A stretch of DNA of 64,000 bases from Phenylobacterium sp. (GCA_017991675.1 JAGOQB010000011.1:1236-65235); one strand, 5' to 3'. Positions 18,087-27,656 are shown, numbered from the stretch's first letter. Translations and numbers: made by a program. The notes: a model not told the origin generated them from the sequence alone.

Positions 18087-18139
18087 GGAGGGGCGCCACG
18101 GGGGATGACACTGGTGGGGCAAGCTGACAGAGCTTGGGC

Positions 18140-19525
18140 ATGAAGACGCTCATCGATCCGCGCAATGCGCTGAGCCAGGGGCTGGTTGCGTTGCGCGCCC
18201 GCTTCAAGGTCCCGGAAGGCTTTCCGCCGGAGGTGGTGGCGGCGGCGCAGGCCGCGGCGCAGCGGGCGCCGAGCGACCATGTCGACCGCACCGAGCGGCC
18301 GTTCGTGACCCTGGACCCGGCCAGCTCCACCGATCTCGACCAGGCGTTCGCGATCGAGGCCAGCGGCGCGGACCTGCTGCTGCACTACGCCATCGCCGAC
18401 GTGTCGTGGTTCGTGCGCGACGGCGACCTGCTGGACGTCGAGGCCTGGAAGCGCGGGGCGACGCTGTACCTGCCGGACGGCAAGGCCAGCCTCTATCCGC
18501 GCGAACTGAGCGAGGGCGCCGCCAGCCTGCTGCCGAGCGGGCCGCGGCCGGCCGTGGTGTTCACGGTGCGGGTCGACCCGGACGGCGAGGCGAGCCTGGA
18601 CGGGGCCGAGCGGGCGATCATCCGCAGCGTCGCCAAGCTGGGCTATGAGCGGGTGACGGCCGCCGAGCTGCCGGCCGGGTTCGCCGAGCTGGCCGAGCGG
18701 GTGCGCGCGGCCGAGGCGCGGCGCGGGGCCTCGCGCGTCGATCCGCCGGAGCAGGAGGTGGCGCGGCTGGACGACGGGCGGCTGCAGCTGCGGTTTCGGC
18801 CGCGGACGCAGGCCGAGGACCAGAACGCGGCGCTGTCGCTGGCGACCAACCTGGCGATCGCCCAGGTGCTGCTGGCCCATCGCACGGGGTTGTTCCGGGT
18901 GATGCCCGAACCTGACGCGCGGGCGGTTAAGCGCCTGCGCCAGACCGCGCGGGCATTCGGCCTGGAATGGCCGGAGATGGCCAGCCTGGCGCAGTACGAA
19001 CTGACGCTCGACCCGGGCGAGGCCAAGCAGGCGGCGTTTATGATGGCGATCCGGCGGGCCAGCACGGCGGCGTCGTACGTGCCCTATGTCGAGGGCGAGA
19101 TCCCCTGGCATGCGGCGATGGCGGCGACCTATGCGCATGCGACCGCGCCGCTGCGGCGGCTGGCCGACCGCTACGTGGTCGACACCGTGCTGGCGATCGC
19201 CAACGGCCGGCCGGCGCCGTCCGCCGCGACCGCGGCCTTCGTCAAGCTGCCCAAGGTGATGGCGCGGGCCGACAACCAGGCCGGCCAGATCGACCGCGTG
19301 GTGATCGACATGGCCGAGGCCGCGATGCTGCAGGGTCAGATCGGCGAGGCGTTCGCGGCGGTGGTCACCGACATCGACGAGCGCGGGGCGCGGATGCAGC
19401 TGTGCGAGCTGCCGGTGGTGGCGCGGGTGACGGCCCACAAGGTCGAGGTCGGCGACCGGCTGGTCGTGCGGCTGACCGCCGCCGACCCGGCCCAGGGGAC
19501 GGCGCAGTTCGAGCGGGTGGCTTAG
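18140..19525 (+). CDS. RNB-domain (RNase II/R family) ribonuclease
   Basis: FVTLDPASSTDLDQAF, YAIADV, RGATLYLPD, YAHATAPLRRLADR, C-terminal S1-like segment. Confidence 0.9.
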   Translation: MKTLIDPRNALSQGLVALRARFKVPEGFPPEVVAAAQAAAQRAPSDHVDRTERPFVTLDPASSTDLDQAFAIEASGADLLLHYAIADVSWFVRDGDLLDVEAWKRGATLYLPDGKASLYPRELSEGAASLLPSGPRPAVVFTVRVDPDGEASLDGAERAIIRSVAKLGYERVTAAELPAGFAELAERVRAAEARRGASRVDPPEQEVARLDDGRLQLRFRPRTQAEDQNAALSLATNLAIAQVLLAHRTGLFRVMPEPDARAVKRLRQTARAFGLEWPEMASLAQYELTLDPGEAKQAAFMMAIRRASTAASYVPYVEGEIPWHAAMAATYAHATAPLRRLADRYVVDTVLAIANGRPAPSAATAAFVKLPKVMARADNQAGQIDRVVIDMAEAAMLQGQIGEAFAAVVTDIDERGARMQLCELPVVARVTAHKVEVGDRLVVRLTAADPAQGTAQFERVA

Positions 19526-19534
19526 GCCCAATAG

Positions 19535-19642
19535 CGCTCATCCCGGCGAAGGCCGGGACCCAAGCAGCGCTCTGGTCATGGCTGGAGCCTTGCGGGCTTG
19601 TTTGCGATTCAGCTTGGGTCCCGGCCTTCGCCGGGATGAGCG
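19535..19642 (+). repeat. family B REP doublet, copy 1 (overlaps the LysR 3' end)
   Basis: CGCTCATCCCGGCGAAGGCCGGGACCCAAGC and its perfect inverse, with GATTC at 19606-19610. Confidence 0.9.
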
Positions 19643-20553
19643 GAGGAGGGGGAGGCCTCCAGCGCGGCGAACCGCTCGGCCAGGAAGTCGACCAGCGCGC
19701 GCACCGAGGGCATCAGGCCGCGACGGGTCGGGAACACCGCATGGATCACGCCGCTGCGCGGGGCCCAGCCGGCGGGGACTGCGACCAGCGCGCCGGTGCT
19801 GAGCGTGTCGCCCAGCATCAGGGTCGGCAGCTGGGCCACGCCGGCGCCGGCCAGGGCGGCGGCGCGCAGGGTTTCGAAATCGTCGGTGGTCAGCACCGGC
19901 TCGTGGCGCACCTCGGCCACCGCGCCGCCCGGCCCCTCCAGCCGCCAGGCGTGCTCGCCGCTGGCCGGGCCCCAGTCGAGGCTGGGCGCGCCGTGCAGGT
20001 CGGCGGGGACGACGATGTCGCCGAGCAGGGCGAGCAGGGCGGGCTGGGCGACCAGGCGCTGGGGGCTCTCGCCGAGCACCCGGTGGGCCAGGTCGCTGTC
20101 GGCCAGCGGCGGGAAGCGGACGCGCAGGGCGAGGTCGAAACGCTCGCCGACCACGTCGACATGGCGGTTGGTCGCCTCCATCTGGAGCTTCACGCGCGGA
20201 TAGCGGATCAGGAACTGGGCCAGCATCGGGGCGACCTGGGCGTGCAGCAGGGCGATGGGGCAGGCCATCCGCACGGTGCCGCACGGCTCGGAGCGTACCT
20301 GGTCGACGGCGTCCTGGGCGGCCTCGGCCTCGATCACCATGGCCCGGCAGTGGCGATAGAACTCCTCGCCGACCTCGGTGATGGCGAACTGGCGGGTGGA
20401 GCGCTGGATCAGCCGCACGCCGAGCCGCTCCTCGAGCCCTGAGATTCGCCGACTGAGCTTGGACTTGGGCACGCCGAGCGCGCGGCTGGCCGGGGCGAAG
20501 CCGCCGTGATCGATCACCTGGGCGAAGTAGTAGAGGTCGTTCAGGTCCTGCAT
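19609..20553 (-). CDS. LysR family transcriptional regulator
   Basis: DLNDLYYF..V...GGF..A..LGVPKS.LSRRI..LEERLGVRL..RSTR HTH. Divergent from pirin. Confidence 0.95.
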   Translation of the reverse strand: MQDLNDLYYFAQVIDHGGFAPASRALGVPKSKLSRRISGLEERLGVRLIQRSTRQFAITEVGEEFYRHCRAMVIEAEAAQDAVDQVRSEPCGTVRMACPIALLHAQVAPMLAQFLIRYPRVKLQMEATNRHVDVVGERFDLALRVRFPPLADSDLAHRVLGESPQRLVAQPALLALLGDIVVPADLHGAPSLDWGPASGEHAWRLEGPGGAVAEVRHEPVLTTDDFETLRAAALAGAGVAQLPTLMLGDTLSTGALVAVPAGWAPRSGVIHAVFPTRRGLMPSVRALVDFLAERFAALEASPSSAHPGEGRDPS

Positions 20554-20672
20554 GATCGTTCTATTGGTGGAACTCTGAGGTCGGAATTCGACGCCTACCG
20601 CTGTTATCGTCCCGGGTCTACCTCCTGAACCAACGCGACCGGGGCCAGCTCCCCGATCCTCAGGAGACCACC

Positions 20673-21536
20673 ATGAAGAAGATACTCGGCGTCTACAGCG
20701 CCCCCCGCCCGCACTGGGTCGGCGACGGCTTTCCGGTGCGCTCGCTGTTTTCCTACGACAGCCATGGGCGGCACATGAGCCCGTTCCTGCTGCTCGACTA
20801 CGCCGGCCCGGCGAAGTTCGAGCCGGCGGCCAAGCCGCGCGGGGTCGGCCAGCATCCGCACCGCGGCTTCGAGACCGTCACCATCGTCTATGACGGCGAG
20901 GTCGAGCACCGCGACTCCACCGGCGCCGGCGGCAAGATCGGTCCCGGCGACGTCCAGTGGATGACCGCGGCCTCGGGCATCCTGCACGAGGAGTTCCATT
21001 CGCACGACTTCACCCGCACCGGCGGGACCCTGAAGATGGTGCAGCTGTGGGTGAACCTGCCGGCCAAGGACAAGCTGGCGGCGCCTGGCTACCAGACCCT
21101 GCTGGACGCCGAGATCCCGACAGTCGCGCTGCCGGACGGCGCGGGCCAGGTGCGGGTGATCGCCGGCGAGTACGGCGGCGGCCGCGGTCCGGCCAGGACC
21201 TTCACGCCGATGGACGTCTGGGACATGCGCCTGACCCAAGGCGGGGTCAGCCGGTTCGAGATCGAGGAAGGCCGGACCCTGGCGCTGATCGTCCTGGACG
21301 GGGCGATCAACGTGAACGGACAGGACGTCCGCGAAGCCCAGATGGTGATGCTCGACCGCGACGGCGAAGGCCTCGAGGTCCGCGCCGACACCGACGCGGT
21401 GGTGCTGCTGCTCAGCGGCGAGCCGATCGACGAGCCGATCGTCGGCTACGGCCCGTTCGTCATGAACAGCGAGGACGAGATCGCCCAGGCGGTCAGCGAC
21501 TTCAACCGCGGCCAGTTCGGCCAGATCGCCCACTAA
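20673..21536 (+). CDS. pirin family protein
   Basis: HPHRGFETVT, WMTAASGILHEE, QLWVNLP and GPFVMN motifs. Confidence 0.95.
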   Translation: MKKILGVYSAPRPHWVGDGFPVRSLFSYDSHGRHMSPFLLLDYAGPAKFEPAAKPRGVGQHPHRGFETVTIVYDGEVEHRDSTGAGGKIGPGDVQWMTAASGILHEEFHSHDFTRTGGTLKMVQLWVNLPAKDKLAAPGYQTLLDAEIPTVALPDGAGQVRVIAGEYGGGRGPARTFTPMDVWDMRLTQGGVSRFEIEEGRTLALIVLDGAINVNGQDVREAQMVMLDRDGEGLEVRADTDAVVLLLSGEPIDEPIVGYGPFVMNSEDEIAQAVSDFNRGQFGQIAH

Positions 21537-21607
21537 CCCCTCTCTCCCTTGGGCGTCGCCGGTCCCCCCGGCCGGCGGCGCCCTCCTTCCCCTGAAAGGA
21601 ACGACCC

Positions 21608-22252
21608 ATGACCAGCGAACCCATCCGCGATCCCGCCAGCGACCACCTGCTGACGCCGCAGAACGCCGCCTTCGTGATCATCGACTACCAGCCGGTGCAG
21701 GTGAACTCGATCGCCTCGATGGACCGCCAGCTTCTGGTCAACAACATCGTCGGGACCGCCAAGGCGGCGGTGGCCTACGGCCTGCCGATCGTCCACTCGA
21801 CGGTCAATGTGAAGACCGGGCTGAACAAGCCGCCGATCGGCCAGCTGCGCAAGGTGCTGGACGGCTATCCGACCTATGACCGCACCACGATCAACTCGTG
21901 GGAGGACGTCGAATTCCGCAAGGCGGTGGAGGCGACCGGCCGCAAGAAGCTGATCATGACGGCGCTGTGGACCGAGGCCTGCCTGACCTTCCCGGCGCTG
22001 GACGCGCTGAAGGAAGGCTATGAGGTCTATGTGGTCGCCGACGCGGTGGGCGGCACCTCGGTCGCCGCGCACGACATGGCCCTGCGCCGCATCGAACAGG
22101 CCGGGGGCAAGATGATCAGCGTGCCGCAGCTGTTCTGCGAACTGCAGCGCGACTGGTCGCGGGCCGAGACCGTCCCGGCGTTCATGAACCTGTTCATCGA
22201 GACCGGCGGCACGGCCGGGATCCAGTTCTCCTACGACCGGACGGAAGGTTGA
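21608..22252 (+). CDS. isochorismatase-family (YcaC-like) cysteine hydrolase
   Basis: [26 protein letters not shown]. Confidence 0.9.
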   Translation: MTSEPIRDPASDHLLTPQNAAFVIIDYQPVQVNSIASMDRQLLVNNIVGTAKAAVAYGLPIVHSTVNVKTGLNKPPIGQLRKVLDGYPTYDRTTINSWEDVEFRKAVEATGRKKLIMTALWTEACLTFPALDALKEGYEVYVVADAVGGTSVAAHDMALRRIEQAGGKMISVPQLFCELQRDWSRAETVPAFMNLFIETGGTAGIQFSYDRTEG

Positions 22253-22257
22253 GCGCC

Positions 22258-22938
22258 ATGAGCACGCCTGCAAACTTCGACGGCGCGCGGCCGGTCATCG
22301 ACCCGAACGACGCGGTCATGCTGCTGATCGACCACCAGAGCGGCCTGTTCCAGACCGTCGCTGACATGCCGATGACCACGCTGCGCTCGCACGCCACGGC
22401 GCTGGCCAAGATGGCGACCCTGGCCAAGATCCCGGTGATCACCACCGCGTCGGTGCCGCAGGGGCCGAACGGGCCGCTGATCCCTGAGATCCACGCCCAC
22501 GCGCCCCACGCCCAGTACGTGGCCCGCCGCGGCGAGATCAACGCCTGGGACAATCCCGACTTCGTGGCGGCGGTGAAGGCCACCGGCCGCAAGACCCTGA
22601 TCATCGCCGGCACCATCACCAGCGTCTGCATGGCCTTCCCGGCGATCAGCGCGGTGCAGGAGGGCTATAAGGTGTTCGCGGTGGTCGACGCCTCGGGCAC
22701 CTATTCGAAGATGGCCCAGGAGATCACCCTGGCCCGGGTGGTGCAGGCCGGGGTCGTGCCGATGGACACCGCGGCGGTGGCCTCGGAGCTGCAAAAGACC
22801 TGGCATCGCGACGACGCCCAGCAATGGGCCGAGGTCTACACCCACATCTTCCCGCCCTATCAGCTGCTGATCGAGAGCTACGCCAAGGCGCAGGAGGTGG
22901 CGACCAACCACGAGGTGCTGGACTCCCAGCGCGGCTAG
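22258..22938 (+). CDS. isochorismatase-family (YcaC-like) cysteine hydrolase, second paralog
   Basis: [33 protein letters not shown]. Alternative TTG start at 22249. Confidence 0.9.
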   Translation: MSTPANFDGARPVIDPNDAVMLLIDHQSGLFQTVADMPMTTLRSHATALAKMATLAKIPVITTASVPQGPNGPLIPEIHAHAPHAQYVARRGEINAWDNPDFVAAVKATGRKTLIIAGTITSVCMAFPAISAVQEGYKVFAVVDASGTYSKMAQEITLARVVQAGVVPMDTAAVASELQKTWHRDDAQQWAEVYTHIFPPYQLLIESYAKAQEVATNHEVLDSQRG

Positions 22939-22954
22939 TCCGCGCCGGCCAAAG

Positions 22955-22991
22955 AAAAAGGCCCGGGGTCGCCCCCGGGCCTTTCGCTTTT
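22955..22991. terminator. bidirectional intrinsic terminator
   Basis: AAAAAGGCCCGGGG-TCGC-CCCCGGGCCTTT between convergent genes. Confidence 0.85.
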
Positions 22992-23008
22992 GGCTTGGCT
23001 GGCTGGGC

Positions 23009-24331
23009 TTAGACGTTGCCCGGCAGCTTGCACTGGCCCGAGAAGGCGCAGCCGATGGCTTCGACCGGCTTCAGGTCGGCGGTGTACTCAAGCACGTAGC
23101 CCTTCAGGCCGTCCGAGCAGGCGACTTCCATGTAGGTCGTGCCCTTGGCGGACTTGCCGATGATGCGGGCGTTGGACACCGTGCAGGAGTCCTTGCCGGC
23201 CGCCTTCAGGTCGGCGGTGACCGAGCTGTAGCTGTTGGTGTCGAGCTTGGTGAACGAGCAGCGGTAGCCGGCGATCGGGGCGCGGGCGCAGTCGTAGACG
23301 ACCGGCTTGTCGTTCGGGCCGCCGAAGACGCCGACGCCGCCGTCGGGACGGTTCGAGCAGGCCATCTCGACGATGTCCTTGTTGTTGGCGCTCGGGAACG
23401 GCGCGTACTTGGAGACGTCGCAGTTGAAGCCCGCCGACTTGGCCAGCTTGGTGTAGAGGCCGTTCTGCTCGGTGACCGCTTCCTTGGTGTCGGTCAGGGT
23501 GCAGCCGCCCATGACGCCCTGCGCCTTGGCGCATTCGTAGGTCTGGGTCAGCTTGCCGGCGTCGACGCGGTAGAGGTAGCCCTTGCCGTCGGCGCAGGCG
23601 GCTTCGAAGAACGACGAGCCGGTCTGGGACATGCCCAGGTACTTCTTGTCCTTCACGGTGCAGCCGTTGTTGGCCTGGGCCGCGAAGGTGTCGATCACCG
23701 CCAGGCGCTGTTCCTTGGTGCGCAGGTTGCAGGAGATGTTCGACTGGCCGCCGTCATAGAGCATGCAGTCGGTGGCCTCGACCGGCTTGGCCGCATCGAT
23801 CGGCGCGCTGGTCTTCAGGACGTAGCCCTGGGCCGAGCCCTGGCAGGCGACTTCGAGATAGGTGGCGGTGGCGCTTTGGCCGATGCCGCGGGCGGCCTCG
23901 GGGGTGCACTGCACCTTGCCGGCGGCGAGCACGCCAGCCAGGTCGGCCTTCGGATCGGCGTTGCCGGGCAGCTTGCAGGCCAGGTTCGAGGCCTTGCCGT
24001 CCGGACCGGGGGTGCCCGCTTCGATGCAGGTGAACGAGGTGGTCGCGCCGCCCTCGACCGCCGACAGCACGAAGCCGACGCCCTGGTCGCAGTCGATCTC
24101 GTAGTAGCTGGTGTTGGTCTTGGTCTTCTTGTCGCTGGTCTTGCCGACGAACAGCGCGTCGGTGACGTTGCAGGAAATGCCCGCGGCCTTGGCGAGGGCC
24201 GGAGCCTCGGCCATCCCCTGGGTGCGCGCCTTATCCGAGATCTCGGCGGCTTTCTTGCCTTGCGAGACGGCGGCCGGCGCCAAGGCCAGCACGGCCAAGG
24301 TGGCGGCCAGCCCCGTGATGAATGGCCTCAT
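23009..24331 (-). CDS. secreted cysteine-rich repeat protein (hypothetical, 440 aa)
   Basis: Signal peptide MRPFITGLAATLAVLALAPAAVS, five 4-Cys modules with an E.(A/D)C core, strongly biased codons. Confidence 0.85.
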   Translation of the reverse strand: MRPFITGLAATLAVLALAPAAVSQGKKAAEISDKARTQGMAEAPALAKAAGISCNVTDALFVGKTSDKKTKTNTSYYEIDCDQGVGFVLSAVEGGATTSFTCIEAGTPGPDGKASNLACKLPGNADPKADLAGVLAAGKVQCTPEAARGIGQSATATYLEVACQGSAQGYVLKTSAPIDAAKPVEATDCMLYDGGQSNISCNLRTKEQRLAVIDTFAAQANNGCTVKDKKYLGMSQTGSSFFEAACADGKGYLYRVDAGKLTQTYECAKAQGVMGGCTLTDTKEAVTEQNGLYTKLAKSAGFNCDVSKYAPFPSANNKDIVEMACSNRPDGGVGVFGGPNDKPVVYDCARAPIAGYRCSFTKLDTNSYSSVTADLKAAGKDSCTVSNARIIGKSAKGTTYMEVACSDGLKGYVLEYTADLKPVEAIGCAFSGQCKLPGNV

Positions 24332-24491
24332 GGTTGAAAAACTCCTGGGTGGTTCCCTATTGCGCGGACATAAGCCCCCACAGCGCCAGTGGGTCAAGTT
24401 CGTCGTGAACGACGTCTGAACCGGGCTGGGGTTGCATTTGCCCTGATCAGTTCTGCGGTCAAAAATGGGGCGGAGAAAGAGGGGGACGGCT

Positions 24492-25556
24492 TTGCGCGAC
24501 GGTTTCGAGGAGACGCAGGAACAGGCGGCGAGGGTGCGGCTGAGCTATCCGTTCGCCGAGGGGCCAGAGCTGGGCGAGGCGGTGGACGTGGCGCCGGGGG
24601 TCAAATGGCTGCGGATGCCGCTGGGCGGCTCGCTGGCCTTCATCAACGTCTGGGCGATCGAGGACGGCGAGGGCTGGGCGATCGTCGACACCGGCATGGG
24701 CGGATCGGACACCCAGCAGACCTGGCGCAAGGCGTTCGCCGGCGCCCTGGGCGGCAAGCCGGTGACCCGGGTGTTCGTCACCCACATGCATCCCGACCAT
24801 ATCGGCATGGCCGGCTGGCTGACCCGCAAGTTCCAGTGCCGGCTGTGGATCAGCCGGCTGGAGTTCCTGATGTGCCGCTCGCTGGCGGCCGACACCGGGC
24901 GCGAGGCGCCGGCCGAGGCCCTGGATTTCTACCGCGCCGCCGGCTGGGACGAGGAGGCGCTGGAGAACTACCGCGCCAAGTTCGGCGGCTTCGGCAAGGG
25001 GCTGCATGCGCTGCCCGACACCTTCCGGCGGCTGTCCGACGGCCAGGTGGTGGAGATCGGCGGGCGGCCCTGGGAGGTGGTGGTCGGATCGGGCCATTCC
25101 CCCGAGCATGTCTGCCTGTGGCAGAAGGACCTGAAGCTGTTCATCAGCGGCGACCAGGTGCTGCCGAAGATCTCCTCGAACGTCTCGGTGTTCCCGACCG
25201 AGCCGGACGGCGACCCGCTGACCGAATGGCTGACCACCCTGGCGGCGATCAAGGATCGGGTGGACGACGAGGTGCTGGTGCTGCCGGCGCACAACGAGCC
25301 GTTCTATGGCCTGCACGCGCGCATCGACCATCTGATCGGCGGCCACGAGCGCGGGCTGGCGCGGCTGCGCAAGCTGATCGCCGAGCCCAAGCGGGCGGTC
25401 GACGTGTTCCCGGTGCTGTTCCGCCGCAAGATCGACCAGTGGGTGCTGGGCATGGCCACCGGCGAGAGCTTGGCGCACCTCAACTGCCTGATGACCCGCG
25501 GCGAGGCGACGGCGCAGGCCGACGAGGCCGGGGTGATCTGGTACCGGGCGGCGTAG
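24492..25556 (+). CDS. MBL-fold metallo-hydrolase
   Basis: THMHPDH, GHSPEH, SGDQVL, PAH. TTG start at 24492 after a purine-rich RBS; alternative ATG at 24465. Confidence 0.9.
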   Translation: MRDGFEETQEQAARVRLSYPFAEGPELGEAVDVAPGVKWLRMPLGGSLAFINVWAIEDGEGWAIVDTGMGGSDTQQTWRKAFAGALGGKPVTRVFVTHMHPDHIGMAGWLTRKFQCRLWISRLEFLMCRSLAADTGREAPAEALDFYRAAGWDEEALENYRAKFGGFGKGLHALPDTFRRLSDGQVVEIGGRPWEVVVGSGHSPEHVCLWQKDLKLFISGDQVLPKISSNVSVFPTEPDGDPLTEWLTTLAAIKDRVDDEVLVLPAHNEPFYGLHARIDHLIGGHERGLARLRKLIAEPKRAVDVFPVLFRRKIDQWVLGMATGESLAHLNCLMTRGEATAQADEAGVIWYRAA

Positions 25557-25563
25557 GGCGCAC

Positions 25564-25691
25564 TTAGATCCTCCCCCGTTGGGGGAGGTGGCGCGCGAAG
25601 CGCGACGGAGGGGGAACGCTCTCAAGCTAGGGAGTCAAAGTCCCCCTCAGTCCGCCATTCGGCGGACAGCTCCCCCAGAGGGGGAGCATCT
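25564..25691 (+). repeat. family C doublet, inverted homolog of 54794-54916
   Basis: TCCTCCCCCGTTGGGGGAGGTGG-hairpin-ACGGAGGGGG...GTCAAAGTCCCCCTCAG-hairpin-ACAGCTCCCCCAGAGGGGGAGCATCT. Confidence 0.85.
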
Positions 25692-25763
25692 GGGCGAAAA
25701 TTCCGCTTCGATCAGCGCTCCCCGCCGCGTTAGCATACGGCGTAAGTTTAGGAGCGCATTTCA

Positions 25764-26543
25764 ATGTCCGACCATATTCTGATCGAGAAGTCCGGCGGGG
25801 TCCTGACCCTGACCATGAACCGTCCCGACAAGAAGAACGCCCTGACCCGGGCGATGTACCAGGCGCTGGGCGACGCCATCGATCAGGCCGAGTTCGACAA
25901 GGACGTGCGCTGCGTCCTGATCCAGGCCAACGGCGACATGTTCACCGCCGGCAACGACATCAGCGACTTCGCGGCGGTCAACGCCGGCGACTCGTCGGCC
26001 AACGAGGCGCGGCGCGGCGGCAATCCGCTGCTGGCGGCGCTGGCGCGGGCCAAGACCCCGCTGATCGCGGCGGTGAACGGCCGCGCGGTGGGCGTGGGCA
26101 CCACCATGCTGATGCATTGCGACCTGGTCTATGTGGCCGAGAACGCGCTGCTGACGACCCCGTTCGTGAACCTGGCGCTGGTGCCGGAGGCGGCCTCCAG
26201 CATCACTCTGCCGAGCCGTATCGGCCACGCGCGGGCGTTCGCGATGTTCGTGCTGGGCGAAGCGGTCGACGCCAAGAATGCGGTCGACTGGGGCATCGCC
26301 AACGAGGTCGTGCCGCTGGACCAGCTGCGCGCCCGGGCCCGCGCGGCGGCCGAGGCGGTGGCGGCGCGTCCGCCGGCCGCGGTGGTGATCACCAAGGCGC
26401 TGATGCGCGACGAGACGGGCCTGGCCCAGCGCATGGACGAGGAGGGCGCGCACTTCGCCGCCCAGCTGAAGTCCGCCGAGGCCAAGGAGGCGTTCGCCGC
26501 CTTCGCCGAGAAGCGCGTTCCCGACTTCAGCAAGGTGTCCTGA
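25764..26543 (+). CDS. enoyl-CoA hydratase/isomerase (crotonase) family
   Basis: NRPDKKNAL, FTAGNDI, AAVNG.AVGVG and PF..LALVPE motifs. Confidence 0.92.
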   Translation: MSDHILIEKSGGVLTLTMNRPDKKNALTRAMYQALGDAIDQAEFDKDVRCVLIQANGDMFTAGNDISDFAAVNAGDSSANEARRGGNPLLAALARAKTPLIAAVNGRAVGVGTTMLMHCDLVYVAENALLTTPFVNLALVPEAASSITLPSRIGHARAFAMFVLGEAVDAKNAVDWGIANEVVPLDQLRARARAAAEAVAARPPAAVVITKALMRDETGLAQRMDEEGAHFAAQLKSAEAKEAFAAFAEKRVPDFSKVS

Positions 26544-26546
26544 CCG

Positions 26547-27506
26547 ATGATCCGCTCCCGCTTCGGCGCCTTCACCCCCGCCCGCGTGGTGGCCGGCGAC
26601 CACGATCTCTCCGGCCGCAACGTCATCGTCACCGGCGGGGCGAGCGGGATCGGCTACGAGACGGCCAAGGCGCTGGCCGCGGCGGGGGCGGACGTCATGC
26701 TGGCGGTCCGCGACCGTTCGGCCGGCGAGAAGGCGGCGGTGGCGATCAACGAGGCGATCGGGGCCGACAATGTCGTGGCCGGGACGCTGGACCTGGCCAG
26801 CCTGGCGAGCGTCGGCTCGTTCGTCGACGCCTGGGGCGACCAGCCGCTGGACATCCTGATCAACAACGCCGGGGTGATGGCCACGCCCTTGCTGCGCACG
26901 GCCGAGGACCTGGAGCTGCAGATCGGCACCAACCACTTCGGCCACTTCGTGCTGGCCGTGGGGCTGACGCGGGCGCTGCTGAACGCCGCCGAGGACGAGC
27001 GCACGGCGCGGGTGGTGGCGCTGTCCTCGATCGGCCACCGGCGCAGCGACATCCATTGGGACGATCCCAACTATCTGAGCCGGCCCTACGACAAGTGGGA
27101 GGCCTATGGGCAGTCGAAGACCGCCAACTCGCTGTTCGCGGTCGGCTACAACGCCCGCTTCGAGGAGCACGGGATCACCGCCAACGCGGTGATGCCGGGC
27201 GGCATCATGACCCCGCTGCAGCGTTACCTGCCCAAGGAGGAGATGGTGGCGATGGGCTGGATGGACGAGGAGGGCAATGTCCGCGAGGGCTTCAAGACCC
27301 CCGAGCAAGGCGCCTCGACCAGCGTCTGGGCCGCGGTCGGCGAGGAGCTGGAAGGGATCGGCGGGCTCTACCTCGAGGACTGCGCCGAGGCGCCGCCGTG
27401 GAGCGCCGACAACCCGATGAAGGGCGTGATGCCCTACGCCATCGATCCCGAGGCCGCCGACCGGCTGTGGGCGCTGTCGGAAGAGATCACCGGGGTGTCG
27501 GTTTAG
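26547..27506 (+). CDS. SDR family oxidoreductase
   Basis: TGGASGIG, NNAG and YGQSK motifs. Confidence 0.92.
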   Translation: MIRSRFGAFTPARVVAGDHDLSGRNVIVTGGASGIGYETAKALAAAGADVMLAVRDRSAGEKAAVAINEAIGADNVVAGTLDLASLASVGSFVDAWGDQPLDILINNAGVMATPLLRTAEDLELQIGTNHFGHFVLAVGLTRALLNAAEDERTARVVALSSIGHRRSDIHWDDPNYLSRPYDKWEAYGQSKTANSLFAVGYNARFEEHGITANAVMPGGIMTPLQRYLPKEEMVAMGWMDEEGNVREGFKTPEQGASTSVWAAVGEELEGIGGLYLEDCAEAPPWSADNPMKGVMPYAIDPEAADRLWALSEEITGVSV

Positions 27507-27518
27507 GATTTTCCAAGG

Positions 27519-27651
27519 GTGTCATCCCGGTTTGCGCAGCAAGACCGGGATCCATTCGCGGTGGGCTGGCAGGATGGGGCGGGGCCGAGCCGGGTCCTGC
27601 CCTATCCGGTGTTCATGGGTCCCGGTCTTGCTGCGCAAACCGGGATGACAC
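27519..27651 (+). repeat. family A REP doublet, copy 3
   Basis: GTGTCATCCCGGTTTGCGCAGCAAGACCGGGA and its perfect inverse, with inner CCATTCGC and TATCCGGTGTTCATGG. Confidence 0.92.
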
Positions 27652-27656
27652 TTGGC

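Noticed and set aside
17881-18111. Clustered palindromic repeats next to a nuclease as a possible CRISPR array
   Set aside because: The units alternate in orientation, vary internally, are not regularly spaced and recur singly across the window. No cas genes are present.
19609-22938. LysR-pirin-two YcaC hydrolases as a novel system
   Set aside because: This is a common proteobacterial stress module. The tandem paralogs are unremarkable, as are the two dienelactone hydrolases at 52053-53405.
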